Below, piece by piece: positions 27,966 to 38,053 of a stretch of 64,000 bases of DNA. The notes under the pieces were generated by a model that searched no databases, was not told where the DNA came from, and saw only the letters and a program-made list of their open reading frames with translations. The stretch is from Candidatus Zixiibacteriota bacterium (lineage in GTDB: Bacteria; Zixibacteria; MSB-5A5; GN15; FEB-12): positions 2,006 to 66,005 of the forward strand of contig JAJRUL010000152.1 of the NCBI GenBank assembly GCA_024277795.1. The letters are read 5' to 3'. The position numbers and the translations under genes are program-made. The number at the start of each line of letters is the position of its first letter. Positions within the stretch are counted from its first letter, which is position 1.

Positions 27966-29786
27966 ATGAAAGTATTTAATGAAAAAAGTTCACATAGTTT
28001 CCATATTCCCGTACTCGGTACGGGATTCAGCCTTGATACGCCTCTTCATGTTGCTCGATATGGGATTTCATCAGTTATTTCACTGGCGGATGACGTTCTT
28101 ATTGAAGATTTGCGGAAATACCATTGCAATAAGAATGGTCTTTCGTATAAGGAGATTAGTGATAGAGATGAGGACCCTCGGGCAAAGCGGGTTACAGCAT
28201 ATCTGAATATGTTGGAGTATTTAGTTGCAAAGCAACTTCAGGAATTGAAGGCATCTGAATTTTGTGAAGGAAGCGAGATCACGCGATATTTTGACCTATT
28301 GCCAGACAATTCCCCTCTGAAAAAGGAATATCAGCAGATGATGTCTGTTGAAGACCCGATTGAAAAGACAGAACGTCAAGAAATACTCAGGCAAAAACCT
28401 GTTGCGGGTTCTATTGATGTTAATATCATGACAAAACTGAACCGTGCCATTTATAAGGATGGTGAAGCACTTCCGATCGAGTTCAATGATGCTCTTTCAG
28501 CCCTGCGAGGTTTTGCCCTTAGTGATGGATATTCTTCTATCGTCTTTTCGGCTGGAATGAATCGTCATCTGTATTCATACGCCGCAGACTTCGACAGTTT
28601 TTACCCTGACTCCAGTGGGCGACTGAAGAAAAAAATAATCCTGAAGGTAAGTGACTACCGTTCAGCGATGATTCAGGGGCGTTTTTTAGCCAAAAAAGGT
28701 CTGTGGGTTTCAGAATATAGAATCGAATCAGGTCTGAACTGTGGTGGTCATGCTTTTGCTACTGAGGGAGTTCTGATGGGGACTATCCTCGAAGAGTTCA
28801 AAAACAATAAAGAAGAATTTGTTGCGATGTTGCGTAAAGCGTATATCTCTGCGCTTGAGAAGAATAAGAAAACAGTTCCTTCAACCCCACCCGAAGTTCA
28901 GATAACGATGCAGGGAGGGATAGGTACGGCAGAAGAGAATGAATTCCTGCATCAGTACTACAAAGTTGATGGGACAGGATGGGGAACGCCATTTTTATTA
29001 GTTCCCGAAGTGACCAATGTTGATGAGACTCACCTTAAGAAATTGCAGGTAGCAACTACGAACGATGTTCACTTGAGTGACCGTTCACCTTTAGGTGTAC
29101 CATTTTGGAGTTTGCGAACATCTGAGAGCGAAGCAATGCGTAAAAAACGTATTGAAAAGAAAAAACCCGGGAGTCCCTGTCCAAAAGGGTTCCTTGTTTC
29201 CAATAGTGAGTTTACGAAAGTACCAATCTGTACTGCATCACGTATTTTCCAAAAGAAGAAACTTCGTCAATTACATGAGCTTGAAACATCAGATGAACAG
29301 CGTATGGCCAAAGTGACGCAAGTTGTTCATAAAGCGTGTATCTGTAATGATCTTGGTGGTGGTGCTCAATTGAAGCTCGGTTTGCGGAAAGATGTAACAC
29401 CATCTGTTTGTTGTGGCCCCAATATAGTTAATTTCTCAAAAGTTGCGACATTAGATGAAATGGTCGGCCACATTTATGGACGATTGTCACTGCTGACAAA
29501 TCCTGAGCGATCACATATGTTCATCAATGAGTTGGCGATATATGTTGATTACTTCAAAGAGGAAATTCAGAAGGCTTCAGAGCAATTTATTGATCATTCG
29601 GTGAAGTGTTTTGATGAGTTCAAAAAGAATCTTCATGATGGTATCGAGTATTATCGTACCCTTGCGGAACAATTCAGTTCTGAACAGCAAGAAAAGTTTG
29701 TTAGTGAATTAGACAAACTGTGCGAAGAGATAAACAATATATTCCCGGGGGTAAGTGGGAAATTATCTTTAGGCACTACCAGTTGA
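27966..29786 (+). CDS. large orphan protein with a divergent NMO/FabK-like FMN TIM-barrel signature and a Cys-rich C-terminal half
   Basis: ESGLNCGGHAF and MQGGIGTAEENEFL..VDGTGWGTPFLLVPE resemble the AGGH and GGI...G.GT.F....E motifs of nitronate monooxygenase/FabK-type enzymes. The C-terminal part has PCPKG, PICTA, ACICNDLGGG and VCCGPN. I prefer the ATG at 27966 over the track TTG at 27918. Confidence 0.45.
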   Translation: MKVFNEKSSHSFHIPVLGTGFSLDTPLHVARYGISSVISLADDVLIEDLRKYHCNKNGLSYKEISDRDEDPRAKRVTAYLNMLEYLVAKQLQELKASEFCEGSEITRYFDLLPDNSPLKKEYQQMMSVEDPIEKTERQEILRQKPVAGSIDVNIMTKLNRAIYKDGEALPIEFNDALSALRGFALSDGYSSIVFSAGMNRHLYSYAADFDSFYPDSSGRLKKKIILKVSDYRSAMIQGRFLAKKGLWVSEYRIESGLNCGGHAFATEGVLMGTILEEFKNNKEEFVAMLRKAYISALEKNKKTVPSTPPEVQITMQGGIGTAEENEFLHQYYKVDGTGWGTPFLLVPEVTNVDETHLKKLQVATTNDVHLSDRSPLGVPFWSLRTSESEAMRKKRIEKKKPGSPCPKGFLVSNSEFTKVPICTASRIFQKKKLRQLHELETSDEQRMAKVTQVVHKACICNDLGGGAQLKLGLRKDVTPSVCCGPNIVNFSKVATLDEMVGHIYGRLSLLTNPERSHMFINELAIYVDYFKEEIQKASEQFIDHSVKCFDEFKKNLHDGIEYYRTLAEQFSSEQQEKFVSELDKLCEEINNIFPGVSGKLSLGTTS

Positions 29787-29869
29787 TTTTTTGTATCAGT
29801 TGGGAACAAGAAAGATTTTCTATCGATACATGTTGAACAGGGAAAACGTTATTGAGTGCTGAATATAAT

Positions 29870-29910
29870 AAAGGCCGATACAATCTATAGTCATCGGCCT
29901 TTATTTTTTA
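29870..29910. terminator. bidirectional rho-independent terminator
   Basis: AAAGGCCGAT-(13 nt)-ATCGGCCTTT is followed by ATTTTTTA on the + strand. It lies between convergent genes and 9 nt from the MCP stop. Confidence 0.75.
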
Positions 29911-29918
29911 TGTATGAT

Positions 29919-32018
29919 TTAGAGTTTGAATTCCGCAACCATTTCCTTTACACTTTCAGCTTGGCGGGTTAATTCTTCAGCGGCAGTTGCTGATTCTTCA
30001 GCCCCTTTTGCTGTTTCTAAAGTGATGGTAGATACATTCTCAAGACTTCCACTAATTTGTTCTGCGGCACTTGATTGTTCCTTGGACGCTTCAGCTATCT
30101 GCCGTATCATTCCGCCCACTTGATTTGACATCGCTACAATGTCATTCAAGCTCGCTCCAGCCTGGTCAGCCAATTTCTTGCCTTGTTCGACTTGTTGCAT
30201 GCCAGTTTCCATAGATTCAGCCGCCGTAGCAGTATCCTGTTGGATACCTTTAATCATCTTTGTGATCTCTTCAGTTGCCTTGACTGTTTTTTCAGCCAAT
30301 TTACGAACTTCATCAGCAACTACAGCAAACCCGCGTCCTTGTTCACCTGCTCTGGCTGCTTCAATCGCGGCATTGAGAGCAAGTAGATTTGTTTGATCAG
30401 CGATATCGTCGATAACTTGAATAATCTCTCCAATCTGATCTGCTGATGTTGCCAGTTTACGAATTGACTCTGTTGATTCAGATACAATATCAGCAATCAT
30501 TTGCATTCCTTCGATTGTTTCCGAGACAATCTGTCCGCCCATTGCGGCCGTTTCCGACGCTTTTTGCGATGCTTCACTGGCATCATTGGAATTTCGGGAA
30601 GCTTCAATTACTGCCGCACTCATTTCTTCAGTTGCTGAAGCAACCTGACTGACTTGGTCTGATTGGGAGCGTGCCCCTCGCGAGGCTTCTTCAGCAGATG
30701 CCGCGATTTCTGTTGAAGCGGACGACAGCTCTCGAGCATTATCTTGTAATTGAGTAACCATGACACGCAGATGCTCACTCATGCTATTAATCGAACGGCC
30801 GATTCCATCACCTGCATCCATCGTTTCATCAACTGCTTGTGCCAACTGGGCGACTTCATCTGTACCCGACAGTTTCAGGCGTGTCGTATCCTTAATGTCT
30901 ACCTGTTGAGTAAGATCTTTATTTGCCACAGCATCAAGAACAACTTGATAGCTCTTGAATGCTGATCTCATTTCATGTGTCAATGTAACGATCTTCTTTA
31001 TTGGTTCTGTAATACCCTTAATAGTATAGAAAGCGAGAATTGATACGAGTAGAATCAAGATTAACGTTGTGACAATTGACTTTGTTAAGCTTGAGCTTGC
31101 CTGTGCTTGTAGGGTATTAGCATGAGCTATTAGGTCTTCTGATAAACTGTCTTCATATTTTTTCAATAAGTTTATCTTTTTTGTAATAGTGCCAAACCAT
31201 TGAGTAGGTTCTATTCCGAATTGTCCCGTTTGAGCATTTGCAAAAGCAACTCCGCGCATACGCTCAACTTCATCGACACACGGTGCACTCATTGTCGCTG
31301 TGTATAGCTTTAGTTGGTCGTCGCTTGCCAATTGAGAAAAGGAATGTAAGTATGTCTCTTGTTCAGTAATCAACTGGACTAGTTTTTTATACATTCCTTC
31401 ACCAAATTTATCAGCCGCAAATGTATTTGCCAATACCGCCCGCTCGATCCCTGCACGTTCTTTACTAAGGAGGAAATATGCGTAGGTAAGAGCTTCACGA
31501 GTAACATCGGCATTCTTAGAGAGTTTGGATGTCTCACAGATTGAACTGAGAAGTGCTCCATTCAAATTTGTATAATATGCTATCTGCTCTTTTGCTGTTA
31601 TCGTTTGTGCGCTGACTTTTTGTCGATAGCTGTCGATTTGTGCTAACAACGAAGTTCCCTGTTTAACAGACGCTACAAAATCACCCCCAAATTCAGTTTC
31701 ATCAAAATTGCTAAGATAGGTTTGCAGGTCATTGAGCTTACTGTCTGTCGCCTGTCGTTGACGAGGCAGTTCATTGGCAAACTTTACTCCTCCACTACCG
31801 AGAAAACCTGCAGACATGCCACGTTCTTTTTGTAGTTCATGGACGAGAGCACTAGCACGGATCGAGTATTGGGACAACTCGCTGACAGCCTCCATTTCAT
31901 TGCCAAGTTGTATTTTTTCAGTGATTCCAATAACTGAATAGAACAAAATTCCAGTCATCGGTATTGCTAGCAGAGTGAGTAACTTGCTACGCAGTTTAAG
32001 ATTCAGTAGCCACTTCAT
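29919..32018 (-). CDS. methyl-accepting chemotaxis protein with a periplasmic NIT (nitrate/nitrite-sensing) domain and HAMP
   Basis: The NIT signature is [23 protein letters not shown]...L..QRQATD. There are two TM segments, and the conserved MCP signalling hairpin is [40 protein letters not shown]. Confidence 0.9.
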   Translation of the reverse strand: MKWLLNLKLRSKLLTLLAIPMTGILFYSVIGITEKIQLGNEMEAVSELSQYSIRASALVHELQKERGMSAGFLGSGGVKFANELPRQRQATDSKLNDLQTYLSNFDETEFGGDFVASVKQGTSLLAQIDSYRQKVSAQTITAKEQIAYYTNLNGALLSSICETSKLSKNADVTREALTYAYFLLSKERAGIERAVLANTFAADKFGEGMYKKLVQLITEQETYLHSFSQLASDDQLKLYTATMSAPCVDEVERMRGVAFANAQTGQFGIEPTQWFGTITKKINLLKKYEDSLSEDLIAHANTLQAQASSSLTKSIVTTLILILLVSILAFYTIKGITEPIKKIVTLTHEMRSAFKSYQVVLDAVANKDLTQQVDIKDTTRLKLSGTDEVAQLAQAVDETMDAGDGIGRSINSMSEHLRVMVTQLQDNARELSSASTEIAASAEEASRGARSQSDQVSQVASATEEMSAAVIEASRNSNDASEASQKASETAAMGGQIVSETIEGMQMIADIVSESTESIRKLATSADQIGEIIQVIDDIADQTNLLALNAAIEAARAGEQGRGFAVVADEVRKLAEKTVKATEEITKMIKGIQQDTATAAESMETGMQQVEQGKKLADQAGASLNDIVAMSNQVGGMIRQIAEASKEQSSAAEQISGSLENVSTITLETAKGAEESATAAEELTRQAESVKEMVAEFKL

Positions 32019-32309
32019 TTACTTCCTCCAACTCCTTAAGACTTATAGTTAGTTTCTTTATCTTTGTTGTGAAAAGCGGAGTTATCTGTAGGCAAACCGC
32101 TAGTAATAGCTTCGGTTCAGCAGGAAGTTTTTTTTAGCTGTTATGGTGTTCGTTGTTTTTTATCCGAATAAGGATATTTACAAAGGCTAATAATATGAGC
32201 TTTCTATCCTGTTAGTAATTAAGACGTTAAGGGTTTTTGCGGTAATGGAGGCTCTGTTTATTGATTAAAAACAGAGAGAAAAAATGGCCTTAAACGGTAC
32301 TTTTTGTTC

Positions 32310-32342
32310 AAAAAACGCCCACCTGTTTTTTCAGATGGCCGT
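32310..32342 (-). terminator. terminator candidate after the OmpA-family gene
   Basis: On the minus strand, ACGGCCATCTG-aaaaaa-CAGGTGGGCGT (one G-U pair, one mismatch) is followed by TTTTT. Confidence 0.45.
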
Positions 32343-32376
32343 TTATCTTTTTCTATTAGTGGCTATTTTGATCTTC

Positions 32377-33045
32377 TTATCCTTGGTTTACTTTTTTCTC
32401 CGCTTCACTTTTTAGTTTGTCGTTGGCGAAAATGGCAATATCTACTCGACGGTTTGCTTGTCGACCTTCCTTAGTATCATTTGACGCTATTGGTTGATCT
32501 TCACCATAACCGTTCTTATTTATTCTCGTGACAAGAACATTGTGAGCAGTTAACTGATTTGCAACTGATTGAGCACGTCTCATGGACAGATCAAGGTTAT
32601 ATTCGGCTGGTCCGTCAGAGTCTGTGTGTCCTTCGACAAGTATTTCTGTATCCTCATATTTATTAAGGATCACTGCCAATTTGGTAAGGTTTTCAACAGC
32701 CTCTGGGCGAAGGTTTGACTTGTTGACATCGAAGAGAATTCCAGAATCGAAAGTTATTTTGATACCCTCACCGATACGCTCAACTGTCGCCCCTTCAAGG
32801 TCTCGCTCAATTTCAGCAGCCTGCTTGTCCATATAGTTTCCTATATAAGCACCTACAGCACCACCGACTACCGCACCTAAGATCGCGCCTACAGCGGTAT
32901 TCCCTGCTTTGTTTCCGATTATGCCACCGATGACTGCACCTGTACCGGCTCCGATCAATGTGCCACCATCTTTTTTGTTCCAATTACAACCTGCGGTTCC
33001 TAATAACAATGATATTGCCAACAACAGAACAATAGTTTTTTTCAT
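32377..33045 (-). CDS. OmpA-family lipoprotein with a glycine-zipper N-terminal region
   Basis: Lipoprotein signal MKKTIVLLLAISLLLGTAGC from ATG 33045. The Gly-zipper is GAGTGAVIGGIIGNKAGNTAVGAILGAVVGGAVGAYIG. The OmpA_C motif is EGHTDSDG...NLDLSMRRA...NRRVD. Confidence 0.88.
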   Translation of the reverse strand: MKKTIVLLLAISLLLGTAGCNWNKKDGGTLIGAGTGAVIGGIIGNKAGNTAVGAILGAVVGGAVGAYIGNYMDKQAAEIERDLEGATVERIGEGIKITFDSGILFDVNKSNLRPEAVENLTKLAVILNKYEDTEILVEGHTDSDGPAEYNLDLSMRRAQSVANQLTAHNVLVTRINKNGYGEDQPIASNDTKEGRQANRRVDIAIFANDKLKSEAEKKVNQG

Positions 33046-33270
33046 TCTCACAACCCTTTCAAATATGCTCAGTATGTACAATGTAATACATAGTACTCTT
33101 TATCGCTCAATGTCACCTAATTTCTCGCATACGTTGGTTGTTTTGTTTCACATTGTTTGAAGAAAGGGAGGATGTGATATGAGATGGAGTGTGAGGAAGT
33201 TTTGGCTATTGAGCTTACCAAGGTTTTACTCATGGTGGGTACTATATTTCTTCAATAGCGCGGAGTCTGC

Positions 33271-33284
33271 TTGCGGACCTGCGA
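33271..33284 (+). repeat. short GC-rich intergenic repeat R3 (TTGCGGACCTGCGA), copy 1
   Basis: The exact 14-mer is shared with 53089-53102. Both copies are intergenic and have similar GC-rich flanks (GCG-N-TC(T/C)G). Confidence 0.5.
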
Positions 33285-33295
33285 CTTTACTACTA

Positions 33296-33934
33296 CTACA
33301 TAGTTCCGCGGAGACCATCAAGAATAAATGAGGCACCGAGCCAAAGTAGAAAAAGTGCACAAATAAGAATAAGAATTTTCAAACCACGACCGAGGAAAAG
33401 TTTTTTCCCTTTCCATAGAGTAATTGTCACGACAGTGTACCAGACAAAATCGGAAAGGATATGTCCAAAGTAAAAGATGACAGGACCAATAAACCCGAAT
33501 TTGACTGACTTGACAACAAAAGCGAGTCCTGTTGTTCCCCACCAGACAAACCAGTATGGGTTGGATAAGGTCGCGGTTATTCCAAGTCCTGCTAGACGGT
33601 GTTTGGAGTTTTCTTTCTTCTTTTGCACTTCATATGAGACTTTCCCCTTGATCGTGTCGTATCCCATCATCAAGCCCATAACAATCAAAGCTGTTCCACC
33701 GACGACACCAATTATTCGTGAGGCGATAGATCCTTCGGTAAGGGAGACTAATCCAAATGCAAGGATCGCGACAACTCCTATTTCAGCTATTGCATGGCCG
33801 ATCGAGATGATCGGACCAGTCTGCCAACCAGAGCGAGGTGTTTCAGCTATCCCGACTGCGAGTAGTGGGCCGGGCATCATTGCACCTGAAAAGCCAACAC
33901 CAAAAGAGAGTAAGAAGAGTGAGAGTAATTCCAT
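33296..33934 (-). CDS. LysE/RhtB family amino-acid efflux translocator
   Basis: 212 aa with 6 TM segments. The N-terminal GxxxxxxPGP motif reads FSGAMMPGPLL. Confidence 0.75.
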   Translation of the reverse strand: MELLSLFLLSFGVGFSGAMMPGPLLAVGIAETPRSGWQTGPIISIGHAIAEIGVVAILAFGLVSLTEGSIASRIIGVVGGTALIVMGLMMGYDTIKGKVSYEVQKKKENSKHRLAGLGITATLSNPYWFVWWGTTGLAFVVKSVKFGFIGPVIFYFGHILSDFVWYTVVTITLWKGKKLFLGRGLKILILICALFLLWLGASFILDGLRGTM

Positions 33935-34082
33935 TAGTTTATATAACTACCCTTTGTTAATTTTGTTCAGATTGAAATATAATACAAGGGTTTTGTCTTC
34001 CAGAAAGATATTGATCTGGTCGGGATGTATGCAATCTGTTTGAAAAATCAATATAGGTTTTCAACTATATAGGAACGGAGCT

Positions 34083-34721
34083 TTATTTTTTATATTGTTT
34101 GAGTATACCCGCGCCAACCAAACCGAAGACAAAGAGAAGAGCTGTGGCAGGTTCAGGAATAGAATCAGGAGCCATGAATGTTCTAAACGCTATATCATCA
34201 CTACCACCATCATAAACAGTACCGCCCTTTTCATACCAGATATTTCCACCTGAATAGTCTGTATTCAAATAACTGGTTACCGGGAGCGAGTAATAGCCTG
34301 TGCTTTTGAGTACTATGCTATATTGAACTCCTTGCTCCAGATGAATCTGACTCGACTGCAGGTCGATTCCTTTCCAAATATGTTCCCCGTAACGCCCTGG
34401 AATAACAAAATTATCAATAGAAGCTGTTCCGAGGAGAGTTCCGTACGGAGAACCAAATCCCATTTCTCTGATTTCGATAAGCAGTGGAGGAATTGTATTT
34501 TGAAAGAATGTTTTTTCAAATAGGATATCGATATTTGCAAGTGATCCAGTATAGCCAGAAGTGAATGACTGTGAAAGGGTTTGTGTCTCTGAGATTGGTG
34601 CAAATTTATGGTATTGGCCGACATAGTCATGCGACTGATCCAATATTGGGGATATAGGAAATGTATACCCAATAATTGGGAATAGTATTGTAAATAATAA
34701 GACTAATATGGTCTTTTTCAC
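34083..34721 (-). CDS. secreted protein with a PEP-CTERM sorting signal
   Basis: Signal peptide MKKTILVLLFTILFPIIG. The C-terminus SIPEPATALLFVFGLVGAGILKQYKK shows PEP + TM helix + basic tail. Confidence 0.75.
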   Translation of the reverse strand: MKKTILVLLFTILFPIIGYTFPISPILDQSHDYVGQYHKFAPISETQTLSQSFTSGYTGSLANIDILFEKTFFQNTIPPLLIEIREMGFGSPYGTLLGTASIDNFVIPGRYGEHIWKGIDLQSSQIHLEQGVQYSIVLKSTGYYSLPVTSYLNTDYSGGNIWYEKGGTVYDGGSDDIAFRTFMAPDSIPEPATALLFVFGLVGAGILKQYKK

Positions 34722-34828
34722 TTTTCCTCCGAATTCATATATCCCATTTGACCTGCGTTAGCTTGAATAATATAGCAGAAAATGCAGATTTGTCAAGGAG
34801 TTAGGCGTTGTCTTGGGTGGCGGGTCAT

Positions 34829-34854
34829 GTAGGTCAGGAGGGCATGGGACCTGA
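34829..34854 (+). repeat. short GC-rich hairpin repeat R2 (GTAGGTCAGGAG...CCTGA), copy 1
   Basis: GTAGGTCAGGAGGGCATGGGACCTGA. An inverted, related copy lies at 52916-52941 (revcomp GTAGGTCAGGAGCCCTGTGCTCCTGA). Confidence 0.55.
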
Positions 34855-35130
34855 TCTGCGCACTTAATAATAAGGGTTGCTTAGTTGTATGATTCGTTAC
34901 AAAAAGACTACAAGGTTTCCAAGTAGATATTGTATTTTTGGCTCAAAAATTCGCTGTAAGTAGATTGGCTATATTTGTTTACGCAAGATTGGGTTTGTTT
35001 TTTGACAATTTGCATTTTTGGAGTGTCCCTTTCTTTCTGTGAATGTAACGGACCTTTGTTTTGTAGTAATGTGCAATTGCTATAATTTGGTGAGGAGTTG
35101 TAGGGAAAGTGAGGGGGGGGCGGCAAATTC

Positions 35131-35157
35131 GAGATTGCTTCGCTTCGTTCGCAATGA
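35131..35157 (+). repeat. short hairpin repeat R1 (GAGATTGCTTCGCTTCGTTCGCAATGA), copy 1
   Basis: 26/27 identical to 52842-52868. ATTGC/GCAAT arms flank a (CTTCG)2-like loop. It is embedded between G-runs (35111-35120 and 35157-35175). Confidence 0.7.
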
Positions 35158-35318
35158 GGGGGGTGGGTGGAGGGGAACGATGAGATGTGGTATTATGGCG
35201 GGTTCGAAGGTGAATCCGCCATTTATTAACTTCACAAATCAGTAAAAGTGGTTAAAGCTATTTGAGACACTACGTATTAGTCTTCTTACTACAAATGGCA
35301 AGCACGTGTTGATAATTA

Positions 35319-36101
35319 TTAGTGTCCTGTAAACTCAGCTTTACGTTTTTCAAGGAATGCTTCGCAACCTTCATTCTTGTCACCACTTGCACAGACTTGA
35401 CCGAAATTAGCTTTTTCTAGATCACAACCTGCAGTTAGAGTAACATCAAGTCCGCGATTAACACATTCTTTGGCTAGTGCGATTGCGATAGGACCTTTTG
35501 AGCTGATCAATTCTGCCATTTCGATTGCTTTATCCATCAGTTCTTCAGGTTGATAGACTTCGTCGGCCAACCCGATACGATGTGCCTCCTCACCTGAGAT
35601 CATTTCACCTGTCAATATCAGTTGCAGAGCTTTTCCACGTCCGACCAATCGGGGGAGACGTTGTGTCCCGCCATAACCAGGTATAATACCAAGATTAACT
35701 TCTGGTTGTCCGAACTTTGCTTTTACCGACGCGAGGCGGAAGTCGCAAGCCATCGCAAGTTCGCATCCTCCTCCTAAAGCAAAACCATTTACTGCCGCAA
35801 TAACAGGTTTTGGGAAGTTTTGAATAGTTTTCATCAGGTAGAGACCATGCGCAGAAAACTCATTTCCTGAACGCACATCAAGCTCAGCAATCTCAGTAAT
35901 ATCTGCACCTGCAACAAATGCTTTTCCCGCACCAGTAATAATAACACAGCGTACTTTGTCGTCACTCCAGTAGAAGCTGAAAAGCTTTTGCATTTCGGCA
36001 ATTGTTTCACGATTGAGCGCATTTAGGGCTCGTTCACGGTTGATCGTGACGATGAGGACGTGTCCTTTTTGTTCAACGATCAGGTTCTTGTATTCACTCA
36101 T
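35319..36101 (-). CDS. enoyl-CoA hydratase/isomerase (crotonase) family
   Basis: 260 aa with ITGAGKAFVAGADI and the oxyanion/catalytic region AAVNGFALGGGCELAMACD. Confidence 0.92.
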   Translation of the reverse strand: MSEYKNLIVEQKGHVLIVTINRERALNALNRETIAEMQKLFSFYWSDDKVRCVIITGAGKAFVAGADITEIAELDVRSGNEFSAHGLYLMKTIQNFPKPVIAAVNGFALGGGCELAMACDFRLASVKAKFGQPEVNLGIIPGYGGTQRLPRLVGRGKALQLILTGEMISGEEAHRIGLADEVYQPEELMDKAIEMAELISSKGPIAIALAKECVNRGLDVTLTAGCDLEKANFGQVCASGDKNEGCEAFLEKRKAEFTGH

Positions 36102-36144
36102 TTTATTCTTTCCTATATTCTCAAGATGTTATACGTAATATCTA

Positions 36145-36714
36145 CTAGTCTACTTCTCTGTTTACTACTCTAATCATTCGTAACCCATCACCGATGGCAG
36201 TCTTACCGACAAGTTCAAAACCTGCTTTCAAATAACAACCGAGTATGATTTCATCACATCCCCGCAAGTGAAGCACTACTTTGCTGATTAGAGGTCGAGC
36301 TGCGGCGCGGTTGTACAATAGGTTGAGCATTTTTGTTCCGTATCCTTCTCCCTGTTTGAATGGATCAACGATCAGATGAGCAATTTCGACTGATCGCTCA
36401 ACATCACGAATCCAAAGTTCTCCGTATGCGATAGCCTGATTTTCCCCAAAAAGCAAATATGATTTGACATCGGGTCTTTGCCAGGTAGCGACGATATTTT
36501 CAGGGGGAGGGAAATCCTTGCCGTGGCAAATATTCAAGTAGGTTTCAGCGCTGTTTATCCATGAGCGGACAGTTTGTGCATATTCTTCGCTGTAAGGGAT
36601 CAGGTCGGCCTGGGCATGAGTCTGTTCGGTCAAAGCAGTCCTCCAGTTTTTCAGTGGGGCAATATACAACGATGAATCGGAGGTTGCAACACAACTGTTT
36701 TGGTCGATTGACAA
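36145..36714 (-). CDS. GNAT family N-acetyltransferase
   Basis: 189 aa with the acetyl-CoA motif A-like region LIVDPFKQGEGYGTKML. Confidence 0.7.
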   Translation of the reverse strand: MSIDQNSCVATSDSSLYIAPLKNWRTALTEQTHAQADLIPYSEEYAQTVRSWINSAETYLNICHGKDFPPPENIVATWQRPDVKSYLLFGENQAIAYGELWIRDVERSVEIAHLIVDPFKQGEGYGTKMLNLLYNRAAARPLISKVVLHLRGCDEIILGCYLKAGFELVGKTAIGDGLRMIRVVNREVD

Positions 36715-36781
36715 AGTTGGTTTGCCTAAGTATATAGACTCTCAAAGTTGAGATAATGCTCCAGAAAAGAGGAAATAGGCG

Positions 36782-37984
36782 ATGATCGATTTTGCATTTA
36801 CTGAAAACCAATTGGCAGTTCGTGATATGGCTCGTGAAGTTTCGGCCAAAGTTATTATTCCTGGGATCGAAGAGTTTGATCGAGCGGCAAAAATGAATCC
36901 TGCAGTTCTGCCCGCAATGAAAGAAGCAAACTTGTTAGGTTTTTGTATTCCTGAAGCATATGGTGGCTTGGGGATGGACTATATCTCGCTTGGATTAGCT
37001 TCAGAGGAGATGGAATATGGTGACACGTCCGCACGAGTTGTTTTGTCTGTGCATATCGGTTTGTTTTCGCTCCCACTTCTTGCATGGGGGAATGAAGAAC
37101 AAAAGCAGAAATACTTGATTCCTGCTGCTAAGGGAGAGAAAATCTCGACCTTCGGTTTGACCGAACCTGCGGCGGGTTCTGATGTTGTTGGATTGCAATC
37201 TACTGCGGTCAAAGATGGCGACAATTATATTCTCAATGGTGAAAAGATGTGGATCTCTTTAGCTGATGTTGCTGATCAGTTCCTCGTTTTCGCATGGACC
37301 GACTTAGACAAGAAGAAAAATCGCGATCATTCAGGGATTTCTGCCTTTATCGTTGAACGAGGATATGAAGGTCTGACGACAGGTTCGATTCATGGTAAGC
37401 TTGGTGTACGATCGGGCAATACCGGTTTTATCTCTTTCCAGGATGTGAAGGTTCCGAAAGAAAATCTGGTGTATAAAGAGGGTGCTGGTTTTAAGATTGC
37501 AATGTTCTGTCTCGATCAGGGACGTTATACTGTGGCGGCAGGTTCTTGCGGATTGATTAAAGCGTGTCGTGACGCTAGTGCTAAGTATGCCCATGAGCGA
37601 CATACATTTAAGGAGCCGATTGCAACACACCAATTGGTCAAACAGATGATTGCCAAGATGGAAGCGGGTTATGAATATAGCACTGCTCTTTGGATGAAAG
37701 CGGGATGGTTGAAGAATCAGGGAAAACGATCTACCCGTGCAACTTCTCTGGCGAAGTGGATCGCTTGTCGTGAAGCTGAAGCGGCGGCGGCCGATGCGGT
37801 TCAGGTATATGGTGCATATGGTTTTTCTGATGAGTACCCTGTCGAACGATTCTATCGGAACAGCAAAGGTGCTTCAATCTATGAAGGGACACGTGAGATT
37901 CATACATTGATGCAGGCTGACTATGTGCTCGGTTTCCGTAAGGATAAAGAGATCGACTGCGAACTCCCAGTCGTTGAGCAGTAG
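36782..37984 (+). CDS. acyl-CoA dehydrogenase (glutaryl-CoA-dehydrogenase-like)
   Basis: 400 aa with FGLTEPAAGSD, LNGEKMWIS and C-terminal YEGTREIH. It is divergent from the GNAT/crotonase pair. Confidence 0.88.
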   Translation: MIDFAFTENQLAVRDMAREVSAKVIIPGIEEFDRAAKMNPAVLPAMKEANLLGFCIPEAYGGLGMDYISLGLASEEMEYGDTSARVVLSVHIGLFSLPLLAWGNEEQKQKYLIPAAKGEKISTFGLTEPAAGSDVVGLQSTAVKDGDNYILNGEKMWISLADVADQFLVFAWTDLDKKKNRDHSGISAFIVERGYEGLTTGSIHGKLGVRSGNTGFISFQDVKVPKENLVYKEGAGFKIAMFCLDQGRYTVAAGSCGLIKACRDASAKYAHERHTFKEPIATHQLVKQMIAKMEAGYEYSTALWMKAGWLKNQGKRSTRATSLAKWIACREAEAAAADAVQVYGAYGFSDEYPVERFYRNSKGASIYEGTREIHTLMQADYVLGFRKDKEIDCELPVVEQ

Positions 37985-38009
37985 CAATTTAGATTTGATA
38001 ATTAGACAA

Positions 38010-38042
38010 ACAAGGCAGGCTCTGTTAAAGAGTCTGCCTTGT
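38010..38042. terminator. hairpin terminator between the convergent ACAD gene and glmS
   Basis: CAAGGCAGGCTC-tgttaaa-GAGTCTGCCTTG forms a 12-bp stem. Its single non-Watson-Crick pair is G-U on the + strand. Confidence 0.5.
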
Positions 38043-38053
38043 CATTATAGACC

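Noticed and set aside
35111-35175. G-quadruplex-forming G-runs flanking repeat R1
   Set aside because: Several G3+ runs exist (GGGGGGGG; GGGGGGTGGGTGGAGGGG), but I cannot assess formation or function from sequence alone. It is treated as part of the repeat-element context rather than a separate feature.
35197-35220. tRNA-like T-arm sequence GGCGGGTTCGAAGGTGAATCCGCC
   Set aside because: It contains the GGTTCGAA motif, but the loop is too long and no acceptor, D or anticodon arms can be drawn around it.
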